In this document: in pieces, positions 51,798 to 63,845 of the stretch
Numbering within the stretch: the first letter of the stretch is position 1
Layout of the letters: each line of letters starts with the position of its first letter
Assembly: GCA_964590595.1 (NCBI GenBank)
Contig: CAZPXQ010000009.1
Span: 5,536-69,535, forward strand
Reading direction: 5' to 3'
Source: an uncultured Sphingomonadales bacterium
Lineage (GTDB): Bacteria > Pseudomonadota > Alphaproteobacteria > Sphingomonadales > CAKZYD01
Length of the DNA stretch: 64,000 bases
The notes under the pieces: model-generated
Database searches by the model: none
What the model was told of the DNA's origin: nothing
Seen by the model: only the letters and a program-made list of their open reading frames with translations
Position numbers and translations under genes: made by a program

Positions 51798-53732
51798 GTG
51801 AACGGATTTGGGCGTAACTTGCTGCTTTGGGGCGCGATTTTGCTGCTCCTCGTGGTGCTTTTCAACATGTTCCAAGGCCCTTCGCAAAGCGGCGCGGTAC
51901 AAAGCCTCGCTTATTCCGAATTTCTCGCCCAAGTCGAATCCGGCAAGGTCAATGAAGTCCAGATCAAGGGTCAGGACGTGACCGGTCGGCTTTCCGACGG
52001 CGCTTCCTTCCGCACCTATGCCCCCGACGATCCCAATCTGGTCGAACGGTTGAACCAGGCCGGTGTGCGCATCAATGTATCGCCGGAAGACAGCGGCTTT
52101 TTGGCCGGCATGTTGATGACCTGGCTGCCCTTTCTGCTGATCATCGCGATCTGGATTTTCTTCATGCGGCAAATGCAGTCGGGCCGGGGCGGCGGCGCCA
52201 TGGGTTTCGGCAAGTCGCGGGCGCGGTTGTTGACCGAACATCATGGCCGGGTCACCTTCAACGATGTCGCCGGCATTGATGAAGCCAAGGAAGAGCTGAA
52301 CGAAATCGTAGAATTTTTGCGCGATCCGCAAAAGTTTCAGCGCCTTGGCGGCAAAATTCCGAAGGGCGCGCTGTTGGTTGGCCCGCCCGGTACCGGCAAG
52401 ACCTTACTGGCGCGCGCCATCGCCGGCGAGGCCAATGTTCCATTCTTCACCATTTCTGGGTCTGATTTCGTTGAAATGTTCGTTGGCGTCGGCGCCTCCA
52501 GGGTGCGCGACATGTTCGAACAGGCCAAGCGTAATGCGCCCTGCATCATTTTCATCGACGAAATTGACGCCGTCGGCCGCCATCGCGGCGCCGGTCTTGG
52601 CGGCGGCAATGACGAACGCGAGCAGACCCTGAACCAGTTGCTGGTCGAGATGGATGGCTTCGAGGCCAATGAGGGCATCATCCTGATCGCCGCCACCAAC
52701 CGGCCGGATGTGCTGGACCCCGCCTTGCTGCGGCCGGGCCGCTTCGACCGCCAAGTGGTGGTACCCAATCCTGACATTTTGGGCCGTGAAAAAATTCTCA
52801 TGGTGCATATGCGCAAGGTGCCGCTTGCGCCCGATGTCGACCCACGCGTGATTGCCCGCGGCACCCCCGGCTTTTCCGGCGCCGATTTGGCCAATCTGGT
52901 CAATGAGGCGGCGTTGCTGGCCGCGCGCAAGGGCAAGAAGCTGGTTGGCATGCGCGAATTCGAGGAAGCCAAGGACAAGGTGATGATGGGCGCTGAGCGC
53001 CGGTCGATGGTGATGACCGAGGACGAAAAGCGCTCCACCGCCTATCATGAAGCCGGTCATGCCTTGGTGTCGCTGCTGGTGCCCAATAATGATCCACTGC
53101 ACAAGGTCACTATCATCCCCCGTGGCCGCGCCTTGGGCGTGACTTGGAATCTGCCGGAACGCGACCGTTATTCGATGAGCATGAAGCAGATGAAGGCGCG
53201 GCTGGCGCTGGCTTTTGGCGGCCGGGTGGCGGAACAGCTGATTTATGGCGCCGATGAACTCAACACTGGTGCTGCCAATGACATTCAGCAGGCCACCCGC
53301 ATGGCGCGCGCCATGGTCACGGAATATGGCATGAGTGAGAAATTAGGCTGGCTGCGCTATAATGAAAACCAGGACGAAGTGTTCTTGGGCCATTCAGTGG
53401 CGCGGACCCAGAATATTTCCGAGGATACCGCGCGGCTGATCGATCAGGAAGTTCGGGCTTTGGTCGAGGAAGCAGAAGCGGTGGCGCGCCAAGTGCTGAC
53501 CGACAATCTGGACAATCTGCACAAAGTGTCGAAGGCATTGTTGGAATATGAAACGCTGTCCGGCGATGAGGTCAAGATTCTGCTGGAAGGCGGCACTATT
53601 GCCCGGCCCGACGAAACGCCGGAGCCACCCAAGCCAACAGGTTCCAGCCCGACGGCGGTGCCCAGCACCGGCAAGCGGCCACGTGGTCGTGGTTTAGGCG
53701 GCATGCCCCCGGAACCGCAGCCGGAGAGCTAA
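51798..53732 (+). CDS. ftsH: ATP-dependent zinc metalloprotease FtsH
   Basis: Two TMs, [27 protein letters not shown]. Confidence 0.98.
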   Translation: MNGFGRNLLLWGAILLLLVVLFNMFQGPSQSGAVQSLAYSEFLAQVESGKVNEVQIKGQDVTGRLSDGASFRTYAPDDPNLVERLNQAGVRINVSPEDSGFLAGMLMTWLPFLLIIAIWIFFMRQMQSGRGGGAMGFGKSRARLLTEHHGRVTFNDVAGIDEAKEELNEIVEFLRDPQKFQRLGGKIPKGALLVGPPGTGKTLLARAIAGEANVPFFTISGSDFVEMFVGVGASRVRDMFEQAKRNAPCIIFIDEIDAVGRHRGAGLGGGNDEREQTLNQLLVEMDGFEANEGIILIAATNRPDVLDPALLRPGRFDRQVVVPNPDILGREKILMVHMRKVPLAPDVDPRVIARGTPGFSGADLANLVNEAALLAARKGKKLVGMREFEEAKDKVMMGAERRSMVMTEDEKRSTAYHEAGHALVSLLVPNNDPLHKVTIIPRGRALGVTWNLPERDRYSMSMKQMKARLALAFGGRVAEQLIYGADELNTGAANDIQQATRMARAMVTEYGMSEKLGWLRYNENQDEVFLGHSVARTQNISEDTARLIDQEVRALVEEAEAVARQVLTDNLDNLHKVSKALLEYETLSGDEVKILLEGGTIARPDETPEPPKPTGSSPTAVPSTGKRPRGRGLGGMPPEPQPES

Positions 53733-53765
53733 ACCAGCGGCAGGCCTGGGTTCAGGGGATCAGCG

Positions 53766-54890
53766 ATGGCGTTCGATTGGACCAGCCTCGACGCGGAAGC
53801 GACGCTTTATCTGGAACCCAGCGGCTTTGCCGGGCCGATCCTGGATGCCGCTGATGAAACCGCCGCGCTGGCGGGCACCAGTGTCCGCTTTAGCGCCGTC
53901 AAGCTGATCGCCGCGAAATATGGCAAGCGGCTGGCGGAAAGCCTGTTGCCGCTGGCTGCCTACAAAACGCTGGCGGCGCGGCTGCCTGCGCCGCATGCCG
54001 ACCGCGCCGCGATGCTGTGGCGGCATCTGACGACACCGCGCCCGGCGATCGACTTGCCCGGTCATGGCGCCTTGCGCTTCGACACCCCACTGATTATGGG
54101 CGTTGTTAATGTCACCCCTGACAGTTTTTCCGATGGCGGCGATCATGGCGACGCGACCGCCGCCATTGCCCAAGGCTGGCAATTGCGCGGCGAGGGCGCG
54201 GACCTCATCGATATCGGCGGTGAATCCACCCGCCCTGGCGCCGAGCCGGTGTGGGAAGGCGATGAAATCGCCCGTATCAAACCCGTATTGGCCCAGCTTT
54301 GCGCGCAAATGCCGGTCTCGGTCGATACCCGCAAGGCTGCGGTGATGCGCGCCGCCCTGTCCTCCGGCGCGGTGATGATCAATGACGTCTCCGCCCTCAG
54401 CCATGATCCGGCGGCGATGGCGGTGGCGGCGGCGACGGATGTGCCGGTGGTGCTGATGCATGCCCCTGAAGATCCGAAGACCATGCAGCAAAACCCGCAT
54501 TATGAGGATGTACTGCTGGATGTATTCGACGCCCTGGCCAGGCGGGTGGAGGCGGCCGAGGCCGCCGGTATCGCCCGCGCGCGGCTGATCGTCGATCCAG
54601 GCATCGGCTTTGGCAAGACGGTGTGGCATAATCTGGCCCTGCTTAATGGCTTGGCGTTGTTTCATGGTCTTGGCTGCGGGCTGATGCTGGGGGTGTCGCG
54701 CAAGCGCTTCATTGGCGCCCTCTCGCGCGAGGAAGAGCCGAAAGACCGGGTGCCGGGCTCGTTGGCGGCGGCGCTGCATGGCTTGTCGCGCGGGGCGCAG
54801 ATTTTACGGGTTCATGACGTCGCGCAAACCAAACAGGCGGTTATGATATGGCGCGGCCTGGCCGATGCCGCCTTAATGCCGCCGGCCTGA
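53766..54890 (+). CDS. folP: Dihydropteroate synthase with N-terminal extension
   Basis: [42 protein letters not shown]. Confidence 0.95.
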   Translation: MAFDWTSLDAEATLYLEPSGFAGPILDAADETAALAGTSVRFSAVKLIAAKYGKRLAESLLPLAAYKTLAARLPAPHADRAAMLWRHLTTPRPAIDLPGHGALRFDTPLIMGVVNVTPDSFSDGGDHGDATAAIAQGWQLRGEGADLIDIGGESTRPGAEPVWEGDEIARIKPVLAQLCAQMPVSVDTRKAAVMRAALSSGAVMINDVSALSHDPAAMAVAAATDVPVVLMHAPEDPKTMQQNPHYEDVLLDVFDALARRVEAAEAAGIARARLIVDPGIGFGKTVWHNLALLNGLALFHGLGCGLMLGVSRKRFIGALSREEEPKDRVPGSLAAALHGLSRGAQILRVHDVAQTKQAVMIWRGLADAALMPPA

Positions 54891-55005
54891 CACCCTAAGT
54901 GGCCAACATCGTGACGTAATTTTGCCACGCGCTTTTGCTTACGATCCGTTAAAATCGATCTGGCATGTAGAAACGCATGGCCCAATCAAAGGGGGGAGTC
55001 CTGGC

Positions 55006-56349
55006 ATGAGCCGGAAACTATTTGGCACCGACGGTATTCGCGGCACCACAAACAGTTTTCCAATGACGCCGGAAATCGCCATGTGTGTCGGCATGGCGGC
55101 GGGACGCTATTTCGTCCGCGGCAATCATCGCCATCGGGTGGTGATCGGCAAGGACACGCGGTTGTCCGGCTATATGCTGGAACCGGCCCTGACCGCCGGT
55201 TTCGCGGCAGTCGGTATGGATGTGGTGCTGGTCGGCCCGATGCCAACGCCGGCGGTGGCGATGCTGACCAAATCGCTGCGTGCCGATCTGGGCGTGATGC
55301 TGTCGGCTAGCCATAATCCCTTTCATGACAATGGTATCAAGCTGTTCGGGCCCGACGGTTACAAGCTTTCCGATGCGGTTGAACTGGAAATCGAAACGCG
55401 GATGAACGGCGACATGAACAAATACCTCGCCAAGCCGGCCGAGCTGGGCCGGGTCCGCCGACTGGAAGACTCCCGCGGCCGCTATATCGAATTCGCGAAG
55501 TCGACCTTTCCGCCAAAACTTAGCCTGGAGGGGCTGAAGGTGGTGGTCGACTGCGCCAATGGCGCGGCCTATCAAGTGGCGCCCACGGTGCTGTGGGAAT
55601 TGGGTGCCGAGGTGGTGGTGATCGGCAACAAGCCCGATGGCTTCAACATCAATGACAAATGCGGGTCCACCGCACCGGAGGCGATGTGCGAGGCGGTGGC
55701 GCGGCATGGCGCCGATATCGGCATCGCGCTGGATGGTGATGCCGACCGGCTGATCCTGGCCGACGAGCGTGGCCAAATTGTCGATGGCGATCAATTAATG
55801 GCGCTGATTGGCACGTCTTGGGCCTCTAGCCAGCGTTTGCGCGGTAATGGCATTGTCGCCACCGTGATGTCGAACCTAGCGTTCGAGCGCTATTTGCAGG
55901 GCCGGGGCATCGATGTGGTGCGGACCAAGGTCGGCGATCGTTATGTTGTCGAACAAATGCGGGCGCGCGGTTATAATGTTGGCGGTGAACAATCCGGCCA
56001 TATCATCATCAATGACTTCACCACCACCGGCGATGGCTTGATTGCTGCCTTGCAAGTGATGGCGGTGATTGTGGGCGCCGGCAAGTCGGCGTCTGAAAGC
56101 TGTCGGCTCTTCACGCCCTTGCCGCAATTGATGAAGAATGTGCGCTTCGGCGCGATTGATCCGTTGACCCGGCCCGATGTCAAGAAAGCCATCGCGGCTG
56201 GCGAGGCCCGCCTGGGCGACAAAGGCCGGCTGCTCATCCGCAAGTCCGGTACCGAGCCGGTGGTGCGGGTGATGGCGGAAGGCGAGGACCCGGCGCTGAT
56301 CGCGAATATCGTCGATGAGATTGTCGGTGTCGTCGAACGTGCCGCCTGA
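55006..56349 (+). CDS. glmM: Phosphoglucosamine mutase
   Basis: [34 protein letters not shown]. Confidence 0.97.
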   Translation: MSRKLFGTDGIRGTTNSFPMTPEIAMCVGMAAGRYFVRGNHRHRVVIGKDTRLSGYMLEPALTAGFAAVGMDVVLVGPMPTPAVAMLTKSLRADLGVMLSASHNPFHDNGIKLFGPDGYKLSDAVELEIETRMNGDMNKYLAKPAELGRVRRLEDSRGRYIEFAKSTFPPKLSLEGLKVVVDCANGAAYQVAPTVLWELGAEVVVIGNKPDGFNINDKCGSTAPEAMCEAVARHGADIGIALDGDADRLILADERGQIVDGDQLMALIGTSWASSQRLRGNGIVATVMSNLAFERYLQGRGIDVVRTKVGDRYVVEQMRARGYNVGGEQSGHIIINDFTTTGDGLIAALQVMAVIVGAGKSASESCRLFTPLPQLMKNVRFGAIDPLTRPDVKKAIAAGEARLGDKGRLLIRKSGTEPVVRVMAEGEDPALIANIVDEIVGVVERAA

Positions 56350-56355
56350 TCCGAG

Positions 56356-57174
56356 ATGACGGGAAGGGTTCTCATCATCGCGGGGTCCGACTCGGGCGGC
56401 GGCGCCGGCATTCAAGCCGATATCAAGACCGTCACGGCCCTTGGCGGCTATGCTGCCACGGCGATTACCGCGATTACCGTTCAAAACACATTGGGCGTCA
56501 GCGATATTTTGGCACTGAGCCCGGCGTTGGTCGCGGCCCAGGCCGCCGCGGTGCTCGATGATCTCGGCGCCGACGCGTTGAAGACAGGCATGTTGCATGA
56601 CGCCGGCATCATCCATGCGCTAGCCGATGTGTTGGGGGCGAAGGCGGCGGTGGTGCCGCTGATCCTCGATCCGGTGATGATCGCCAAGGGAGGTGCTGCC
56701 TTGCTGGCGGACGATGCAGTGACGGCGCTGATCGACCGGCTGATTCCACGCGCCCACCTGGTAACCCCCAATGCGCCAGAAGCCGCGCGCTTGACCGGCC
56801 AAGCGGTTGAGGATGTCGCCGGCATGGCGCGTGCCGGCGCGGCGATTCTGGACATGGGCGCGCAGGCGGTGCTGGTCAAGGGCGGCCATGTGCGCGGTGA
56901 TCGCCTGATCGATCTGCTGGTCACGCGCGACGGCAACCAACGCTTTGAAGCCCCGCGCATCGATAGCCGTCACACCCATGGCACCGGCTGCACCTTGGCA
57001 TCAGCCATCGCCACGGGCATTGCCCAGGGCCTGGCGCTGGAGCCGGCGGTGGCCCGCGCCGGCCACTATGTCCGCCAAGCTATCCGCGCCGCGCCAGGCT
57101 TGGGTGGCGGCCATGGCCCGCTGGGTCATGGCTTCCCCTGCCACTGGCAGGACGCGGCCAAATCCAGCCAGTGA
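56356..57174 (+). CDS. thiD: Hydroxymethylpyrimidine/phosphomethylpyrimidine kinase
   Basis: IAGSDSGGGAGIQADIK, DPVM, TPN..EA, THGTGCTL. Confidence 0.96.
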   Translation: MTGRVLIIAGSDSGGGAGIQADIKTVTALGGYAATAITAITVQNTLGVSDILALSPALVAAQAAAVLDDLGADALKTGMLHDAGIIHALADVLGAKAAVVPLILDPVMIAKGGAALLADDAVTALIDRLIPRAHLVTPNAPEAARLTGQAVEDVAGMARAGAAILDMGAQAVLVKGGHVRGDRLIDLLVTRDGNQRFEAPRIDSRHTHGTGCTLASAIATGIAQGLALEPAVARAGHYVRQAIRAAPGLGGGHGPLGHGFPCHWQDAAKSSQ

Positions 57175-57220
57175 CTCAGGTCATGCCGGCGCACAAAACA
57201 TCGTCGCTTCAAATCTCCAT

Positions 57221-57248
57221 TTGACTTTTCCAGCGCGGTCTCTAGTTT
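57221..57248 (+). promoter_or_regulatory. Sigma-70-type promoter candidate for serC
   Basis: TTGACT-N16-TAGTTT. Confidence 0.5.
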
Positions 57249-57257
57249 GCGCGGCGG

Positions 57258-57305
57258 GCCACGTCCCCCCAACGGGACGCGTGCTCTCTGGAAGGAGAGG
57301 ATATG
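57258..57305 (+). ncRNA. serC leader cis-regulatory RNA
   Basis: Hairpin CGTCCC/GGGACG followed by CTCTC/GAGAG hairpin overlapping the RBS, directly upstream of serC. Confidence 0.62.
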
Positions 57306-58460
57306 ATGACGAAACCCGCCGCTCGTCCGGCGCGGCCCCATTTTTCTTCGGGACCCTGCGCGAAACGGCCTGGTTGGACCCCAGGTGCTCTCAATCTTGA
57401 CGTGATGGGCCGCTCGCACCGCTCGAAGCTGGGCAAGGCGCGCTTGGGCCTGGCCATCGACAAGACCCGCGCCCTGTTGGGCGTGCCTGATGATTACCGC
57501 ATTGGCATCGTACCGGCGTCCGATACCGGGGCGATGGAAATGGCGATGTGGTCGCTTCTAGGGCCGCGTCCGGTGACGGTGTTGGCCTGGGAAAGTTTCG
57601 GCCAAGGCTGGGTCACCGACATCACCAAACAACTCAAGATCGCCGACACGGTGGTGCTGGACGCGCCTTATGGCACATTGCCCGATTTGAAAAAGGTCAA
57701 TCCGGCGCATGACGTGGTGTTCACCTGGAACGGTACCACTTCGGGCGTGCGGGTGCCTGACGCGGAATGGATTTCCGATCAGCGCGGCGGCTTGGCGATT
57801 TGCGACGCCACATCCGCGGTGTTCGCGATGGCGCTGCCTTGGGACAAGCTCGACGTTGTCACCTATAGCTGGCAAAAAGTGCTGGGCGGCGAGGGCGGTC
57901 ATGGCGTGCTGATTTTAAGCCCGCGCGCGGTGGAACGGTTGGAAAGCCACAAGCCGGCCTGGCCATTGCCGAAAATTTTCCGCATGACCAAGAACGGCAA
58001 GCTGATTGAAGGCATCTTCAAAGGCGAAACCATCAATACCCCCTCGATGCTGTGTGTCGAAGATTATATCGACGCGCTGAACTGGACCGAGAGCGAAGGC
58101 GGGGTTGACGGTCTGATTGCTCGCTCCGACGCCAATTTGGCGGCGCTGGCCGCCTGGGTCGGGCAAACGCCGTGGATCGATTTTCTGGCCGAAGATGCCA
58201 GCATCCGGTCGTCGACTTCGGTTTGCCTCAAAATCGTCGACGCCGATTTCACCAAATTGGATACCGATGCTCAATATGCGTTCACGAAAAAACTTTCGGG
58301 CATGTTGGAAAGCGAAGGCGTGGCGTTCGACATCAACGGCTATCGCGACGCGCCGCCAGGCCTGCGCATCTGGTGTGGCGCCACCGTCGATGAAGCCGAC
58401 GTGCGCGCGTTGACGCCCTGGTTGGACTGGGCCTTCGCGCAGCTCAAGGCCACAAGCTGA
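57303..58460 (+). CDS. serC: Phosphoserine aminotransferase (alphaproteobacterial type)
   Basis: [35 protein letters not shown]. Confidence 0.96.
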   Translation: MMTKPAARPARPHFSSGPCAKRPGWTPGALNLDVMGRSHRSKLGKARLGLAIDKTRALLGVPDDYRIGIVPASDTGAMEMAMWSLLGPRPVTVLAWESFGQGWVTDITKQLKIADTVVLDAPYGTLPDLKKVNPAHDVVFTWNGTTSGVRVPDAEWISDQRGGLAICDATSAVFAMALPWDKLDVVTYSWQKVLGGEGGHGVLILSPRAVERLESHKPAWPLPKIFRMTKNGKLIEGIFKGETINTPSMLCVEDYIDALNWTESEGGVDGLIARSDANLAALAAWVGQTPWIDFLAEDASIRSSTSVCLKIVDADFTKLDTDAQYAFTKKLSGMLESEGVAFDINGYRDAPPGLRIWCGATVDEADVRALTPWLDWAFAQLKATS

Positions 58461-58535
58461 ATTTTCCGATTTCCAAATGAGTGCCAATGGCGCGAGGCGG
58501 CGTTGCCAGCGCTGGCTGCAGCAAGGATGATGACC

Positions 58536-60113
58536 ATGCCAAAAGTTTTGATTTCCGATAAAATGAGCCCCAAGGCGGCGGAAATTTTCCGCGCGCGCGG
58601 TGTCGAGGTCGACGAAAAGCCCGGTCTGTCGAAGGACGAATTGAAGGCGATCATCGGCGACTATGATGGGTTGGCGATTCGCTCAGCGACCAAGGTGACG
58701 GCCGATGTATTGGCGGTCGCCGGCAATTTGAAGGTGATTGGCCGCGCCGGTATCGGCGTTGACAATGTCGATATTCCGTCGGCTTCGGCCAAGGGCGTGG
58801 TGGTGATGAACACGCCGTTCGGCAATTCCATCACCACCGCCGAACACGCGATCGCGATGATGATGGCGCTGGCCCGTGACATTCCCGCGGCGGATGTTTC
58901 CACCCAGGCCGGTAAATGGGAAAAATCGCGGTTCATGGGTGTTGAGCTTTATGGCAAAACCCTGGGCGTGATCGGTTGTGGCAATATCGGCTCGATCGTG
59001 GTCGATCGCGCCTTGGGCTTGAAAATGAAGGTAGTTGCCTTCGATCCCTATTTGACGCCGGATCGGGCGGTGGATTTGGGTGTTGAAAAGGTCGAGCTGG
59101 AGCAATTGTTCAAGCGCGCTGATTTTATCAGCCTGCACACACCGCTGACCGACGCCACCCGTAATATCATCAATGCCGACGCGCTGGCGAAAATGCGCAA
59201 AGGCGTGCGCATCATCAATTGCGCGCGTGGGGGCTTGATCGACGAGGCGGCGCTGAAGCTGGCGCTTGAATCCGGCCATGTCGCGGGCGCAGCCCTTGAT
59301 GTGTTCGCCGAAGAGCCCGCTAAGGACAATCCGCTGTTCGGCACGCCCGGCTTGGTGGCGACGCCGCATCTGGGCGCCTCGACCGAGGAAGCGCAGGTCA
59401 ATGTCGCGATCCAAGTGGCCGAGCAATTGTCCGATTTCCTGCTCACCGGCGCGGTGGTGAACGCACTGAACATGCCGTCCTTGTCGGCCGAGGATGCGCC
59501 CAAGGTGCGGCCATATTTGCGGCTGGCCGAACAATTGGGAAGTTTTGCCGGACAGATCACCCAAAGCGCCATCAAATGCGTGCGGATCGAATATGATGGC
59601 GCGGTCACCGAACTGAACACCCGGCCGATCACCGCGGCGGCGCTGACCGGCCTGCTGCGACCGCTGCTTGATAGCGTCAACATGGTCAACGCGCCTTATT
59701 TGGCCAAGGATCGCGATATCGATGTCGCCGAAGTCAAGCATGAGCGCGAATCGGATTATCACACCCTCATCCGGCTGACGGTGGAAACCGAGAACCAGAC
59801 CCGCTCGGTTGCCGGTACCTTGTTCGCCAATGCCGAGCCGCGCTTGGTCGACATTCACGGCATTCGCGTCGAGGCCGATCTGGGCCAGCATGTGCTGTAT
59901 GTCACCAATGAGGACAAGCCCGGTTTCATTGGCGACCTGGGCAGCGTGCTGGGCAAGGCGGGGGTCAATATCGCGACCTTCAATTTGGGCCGTGAGCAAG
60001 AGGGCGCGACCGCCTTGGCGCTGATGAATGTCGATAGCGCGGTGCCGGTGGACGTGTTGAAAGAGGTTGCCAAGCTGCCGCATGTCCGCCAAGTGAAGGC
60101 ACTGAGTTTCTAG
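58536..60113 (+). CDS. serA: D-3-phosphoglycerate dehydrogenase
   Basis: GRAGIGVDN, GCGNIG, NCARGG, TPHLGAST, C-terminal ACT domain. Confidence 0.97.
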   Translation: MPKVLISDKMSPKAAEIFRARGVEVDEKPGLSKDELKAIIGDYDGLAIRSATKVTADVLAVAGNLKVIGRAGIGVDNVDIPSASAKGVVVMNTPFGNSITTAEHAIAMMMALARDIPAADVSTQAGKWEKSRFMGVELYGKTLGVIGCGNIGSIVVDRALGLKMKVVAFDPYLTPDRAVDLGVEKVELEQLFKRADFISLHTPLTDATRNIINADALAKMRKGVRIINCARGGLIDEAALKLALESGHVAGAALDVFAEEPAKDNPLFGTPGLVATPHLGASTEEAQVNVAIQVAEQLSDFLLTGAVVNALNMPSLSAEDAPKVRPYLRLAEQLGSFAGQITQSAIKCVRIEYDGAVTELNTRPITAAALTGLLRPLLDSVNMVNAPYLAKDRDIDVAEVKHERESDYHTLIRLTVETENQTRSVAGTLFANAEPRLVDIHGIRVEADLGQHVLYVTNEDKPGFIGDLGSVLGKAGVNIATFNLGREQEGATALALMNVDSAVPVDVLKEVAKLPHVRQVKALSF

Positions 60114-60137
60114 GCAACAGGGAGCAAGGCCGCAACC

Positions 60138-61292
60138 ATGGCCGAGACCGACCAAAACGGACTCCTGCCCGAAGGTCTGCGCGATGCGCTGCCGCCTGAG
60201 GCGGCGCATGAGGAAGCGCTGGCGCGGCGGCTGGCGGATCTGTTCGCGGTCAATGGCTATGAGCGGGTGACACCGCCGTTGATCGAGTTCGAGGACAGCC
60301 TGTTGGCGCGGCTGGACGATGCCAGCCGCCTCGACATGTTCCGGCTGCTTGATCCCGAATCACAACGGGTGATGGCATTGCGCTCCGACCTCACCGGCCA
60401 GGTCGCGCGGATTGCCGCGACCCGGCTGGCGCATTGGCCACGGCCGCTGCGGCTGTCTTATGCCGGCACTGCCTTGCGGGTGAAGGGCAGTCAGTTACGG
60501 CCGGAGCGACAGTTTCGTCAGGTCGGGTTGGAATTGATCGGCCCGGGCAGCCATGCCGCCGTCATCGAGGTGCTGGGCCTGGCCCAGGCGGCCTTGGCGT
60601 TGGTGCCGATCGCGCATCTCAGTATCGATCTGGTGGTGCCTGGGTTCATCGCCGGATTGTGCCAGGAATTGGCGTTGAACGCGGATGAAACCGCGCAAGC
60701 CCGCGCCGCTCTTGACGCCAAGGATGTCGGCGCGTTGGCTGGACTGAGCGGCCGGGCGCAGTCTTTGCTGGTGGCGGTGCTGGATCATGCCGGTGACGCG
60801 ACTGGCGCGCTGGCGGCGCTGGGGACCTTGGATTTGCCGCCGAAAAGCGCTGCCCTCGTGGCGGATCTGGCGGCGCTGGCGGCGGCCTGGACCGCACGGC
60901 CCGATGCCGCGGCGTTGACCGTGGATCTGGGCGAGTTTCGCGGTTTTGCCTATCAGCATGGGCTGGGCTTCACGCTTTATGCGCGCGGCGTGCGCGGCGA
61001 ATTGGGGCGCGGCGGGCGTTACAGCATCCGCCGTGGCGATGGCGGTCATGAAGCCGCTACCGGCCTGACCTTGTACATGGACAGCATTGCGCGTGCCGCG
61101 CCCGCGCCTGCGCCGACGTCGCGACTTTGGCTGCCGCAACATGCGCCGGCGGATCAGGCCGCGCGCTGGCAGGACGAGGGCTATGTCACCGTGCGCGCCC
61201 TTGACGCCGCCGCCGAGCCTGCGGCCGAGGCCAAGCGGTTGCGCTGCTCGCATTATTGGCAAGATGGGGCAATCTTGCCGGTGTCAGCTTAA
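60138..61292 (+). CDS. hisZ: ATP phosphoribosyltransferase regulatory subunit
   Basis: [38 protein letters not shown]; precedes purA. Confidence 0.9.
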   Translation: MAETDQNGLLPEGLRDALPPEAAHEEALARRLADLFAVNGYERVTPPLIEFEDSLLARLDDASRLDMFRLLDPESQRVMALRSDLTGQVARIAATRLAHWPRPLRLSYAGTALRVKGSQLRPERQFRQVGLELIGPGSHAAVIEVLGLAQAALALVPIAHLSIDLVVPGFIAGLCQELALNADETAQARAALDAKDVGALAGLSGRAQSLLVAVLDHAGDATGALAALGTLDLPPKSAALVADLAALAAAWTARPDAAALTVDLGEFRGFAYQHGLGFTLYARGVRGELGRGGRYSIRRGDGGHEAATGLTLYMDSIARAAPAPAPTSRLWLPQHAPADQAARWQDEGYVTVRALDAAAEPAAEAKRLRCSHYWQDGAILPVSA

Positions 61293-61306
61293 AGGGGTTC
61301 ACGAAC

Positions 61307-62599
61307 GTGGCGAATGTGGTGGTGGTCGGCTCGCAATGGGGCGACGAAGGCAAGGGTAAGATCGTCGACTGGCTGTCCGAGCGCGCTGACGTGGTGGTGC
61401 GTTTCCAAGGCGGCCACAATGCGGGCCATACCCTGGTCATTGGCGAGAAGGTCTTTAAATTATCGCTGCTGCCTTCCGGCATCGTGCGCGGCGGCAAAGT
61501 GTCGGTGATCGGCAATGGCGTGGTCGTCGATCCGTGGGCGCTGCTCAACGAAATCGAGAGTATTGCCAGCCAAGGGGTCACGGTGACGCCGCAGACGCTG
61601 CAAATTTCCGAGCAATGCGCTCTGATCCTGCCATTTCACCGCGAGCTTGATGCGCTGCGCGAGGACGCCACCGAGGGCGTGAAAATCGGCACCACCAGAC
61701 GCGGCATTGGCCCGGCTTATGAAGACAAGGTCGGCCGCCGCGCGCTGCGGATGTGTGACCTGGCCAGTGTCGACGCGGTGGCGCTGCGCATCGACAGCTT
61801 GCTAACCCACCATAATGCCTTGCGCATCGGTTTGGGGGCGCCCGCGATCGACCGCGACGCCCTCATTGACCAGGTGATGGCGTTGGCGCCGCGGGTGCTG
61901 CCATTCGTCCAGCCGGTCTGGCGCAGCCTTGATGCGGCGCGGCGGCGGGGACAGCGGATTTTGTTCGAGGGCGCCCAAGGCACCATGCTGGATGTTGACA
62001 TGGGCACTTATCCTTTCGTGACTTCCAGTCATACCGTGGCCGGCCAGGCGGCGGCCGGCGGCGGCGTGGGGCCGGGGGCGTTGGACTATGTGCTGGGCAT
62101 CACCAAGGCCTATACGACCAGGGTGGGCGCCGGGCCGTTTCCGACCGAACTTCAAGATGATATCGGCCGCCGGTTGGGCGAGCGCGGTCATGAATTCGGC
62201 ACCGTCACCGGCCGCCAGCGCCGTTGCGGCTGGTTCGACACGGTGATGGTACGCCAAGCGGTGGCGGTCGGCGGCATCGACGGCATCGCGCTGACCAAGC
62301 TGGATGTATTGGATGGTCTCGATGAATTGAGGCTCTGCGTCGGCTACCGGCTGGGCGATCAAGTGCTGGACTATCTGCCGGCAGCGATGGAGGCTCAAGC
62401 GGCGATCGAGCCGGTTTATGAAAGCCTGCAAGGCTGGCAAGACAGCACCCAGGGTGCGCGCAGTTGGGCGCAATTGCCGGCCACGGCGATCAAATATATC
62501 CGCCGCATCGAAGAATTGATCGGCGCCCCCGTCGCCCTGCTGTCGACCAGCCCCGAACGCGACGACACCATTTTGGTGCGCGATCCGTTCACGGTTTGA
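61307..62599 (+). CDS. purA: Adenylosuccinate synthetase
   Basis: [37 protein letters not shown]. Confidence 0.98.
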   Translation: MANVVVVGSQWGDEGKGKIVDWLSERADVVVRFQGGHNAGHTLVIGEKVFKLSLLPSGIVRGGKVSVIGNGVVVDPWALLNEIESIASQGVTVTPQTLQISEQCALILPFHRELDALREDATEGVKIGTTRRGIGPAYEDKVGRRALRMCDLASVDAVALRIDSLLTHHNALRIGLGAPAIDRDALIDQVMALAPRVLPFVQPVWRSLDAARRRGQRILFEGAQGTMLDVDMGTYPFVTSSHTVAGQAAAGGGVGPGALDYVLGITKAYTTRVGAGPFPTELQDDIGRRLGERGHEFGTVTGRQRRCGWFDTVMVRQAVAVGGIDGIALTKLDVLDGLDELRLCVGYRLGDQVLDYLPAAMEAQAAIEPVYESLQGWQDSTQGARSWAQLPATAIKYIRRIEELIGAPVALLSTSPERDDTILVRDPFTV

Positions 62600-62605
62600 G
62601 AGCCG

Positions 62606-63457
62606 GTGTTCGACCGTTTCATCGCCATTGACTGGTCGGGCGCCAAGGCAGGGTATCGCGGCAAGATCGAAATCGCGCAATGCCTGGCGGGCGACGCGCC
62701 GCCAACGTTGGTGGCCGCACCCGACGGTTGGTGGCGGCGCCATCAGGTTCTGGAATGGCTGCAGGCTTTGGCCGAAGAGGGCGCGCGGACGTTGATCGGT
62801 ATGGATTTTTCCTTTGCTCCGCCCTGGATGGACCGCAAGGCCTATTTGCCGGGTCTTGAGACTGCCGCAACCGCAAAGGGGTTTTGGCGCTTTCTTGACA
62901 GCAGTTGTGAAGACCAGGATTTGGGCGCGGTGTCTTTTGTCGAACGCCATCGCGGGCGGTATTTTTATCTCGGCGCGGTTGATGGCGACAAGGCGCAATT
63001 CATGCGCCTGCGGGCTTGCGAACAGGCCTTCAATGCAAGCGGCGGCGGCAAGCCTTCAAGCGTGTTCGACGCGATCGGCGCGGCGCAAGTGTCGAAGGCC
63101 AGCTTTGCCGGCATGCGGCTATTGGCTCGGCTTGTTGGCCGGCTGGCGATTTGGCCATTCGACCCGCTGCCAGCCACCGGTCCGGTGATAGTGGAAATCT
63201 ATTGCCGGGCGTTCATTCGCGCCGCCGGACTGCGGGGGTTTAAATTGCGCGATGCTGCCACGCTTAACCAGGCATTGCGGGCGTTGGGCAGCCGACCCAT
63301 GCCCACCATGCCGGCGCCGCTGAGCGACGACCGCAGTGATGCGCTTCTGGCCGCCGCCGGCTTGCGCTATTGCAGTGCCCAGCCACAATATTGGCAGCCG
63401 CCGGGCTTATCGGCTAGGGTGGCGGCGACCGAAGGCTGGACCTTCGGCGTTCCGTGA
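62606..63457 (+). CDS. Hypothetical protein, predicted RNase H-like (DUF429-like) nuclease fold
   Basis: IAIDWSG, IGMDFSF, VVEIY-like VEIY, D..DAL acidic motif pattern. Confidence 0.6.
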   Translation: MFDRFIAIDWSGAKAGYRGKIEIAQCLAGDAPPTLVAAPDGWWRRHQVLEWLQALAEEGARTLIGMDFSFAPPWMDRKAYLPGLETAATAKGFWRFLDSSCEDQDLGAVSFVERHRGRYFYLGAVDGDKAQFMRLRACEQAFNASGGGKPSSVFDAIGAAQVSKASFAGMRLLARLVGRLAIWPFDPLPATGPVIVEIYCRAFIRAAGLRGFKLRDAATLNQALRALGSRPMPTMPAPLSDDRSDALLAAAGLRYCSAQPQYWQPPGLSARVAATEGWTFGVP

Positions 63458-63467
63458 AAGGAGTCTC

Positions 63468-63845
63468 ATGCCTAGCATTGTGCTGGTGGCGCTGGGTGGC
63501 GGATTGGGCGCTGCTTGTCGTTTTATCCTGTCGAGCCAGATGGCGCGCCTGTTCGGCACCGCTTTTCCCTATGGCACCTTGACCGTCAATCTGCTGGGCG
63601 GATTTTTGATGGGGGCCTTGGTCGCCTGGTTGGCGCTGCGGGTGGACGGCGGCGCTTCCCTGCGCGCCTTTTTGGGGGTGGGTGTGTTGGGTGGTTTCAC
63701 CACTTTTTCCGCCTTCAGCCTGGAAGTGATGCTGTTGATCGAGCGTCAGGCCTGGCTGGCGGCGGCGGTTTATATGACCGTGTCGGTGATGGCCTCGGTT
63801 CTGGCCCTGGCATTGGGTGCGGCATTGGTGCGGGGGCTGGCATGA
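63468..63845 (+). CDS. crcB: Fluoride efflux channel FluC/CrcB
   Basis: GGGLGA..R, PYGTL.VN, GGFTTFS. Confidence 0.95.
   Translation: MPSIVLVALGGGLGAACRFILSSQMARLFGTAFPYGTLTVNLLGGFLMGALVAWLALRVDGGASLRAFLGVGVLGGFTTFSAFSLEVMLLIERQAWLAAAVYMTVSVMASVLALALGAALVRGLA

Noticed and set aside
63400..63467. Fluoride riboswitch upstream of crcB
   Set aside because: Only 10 nt of intergenic space and no recognisable aptamer core.
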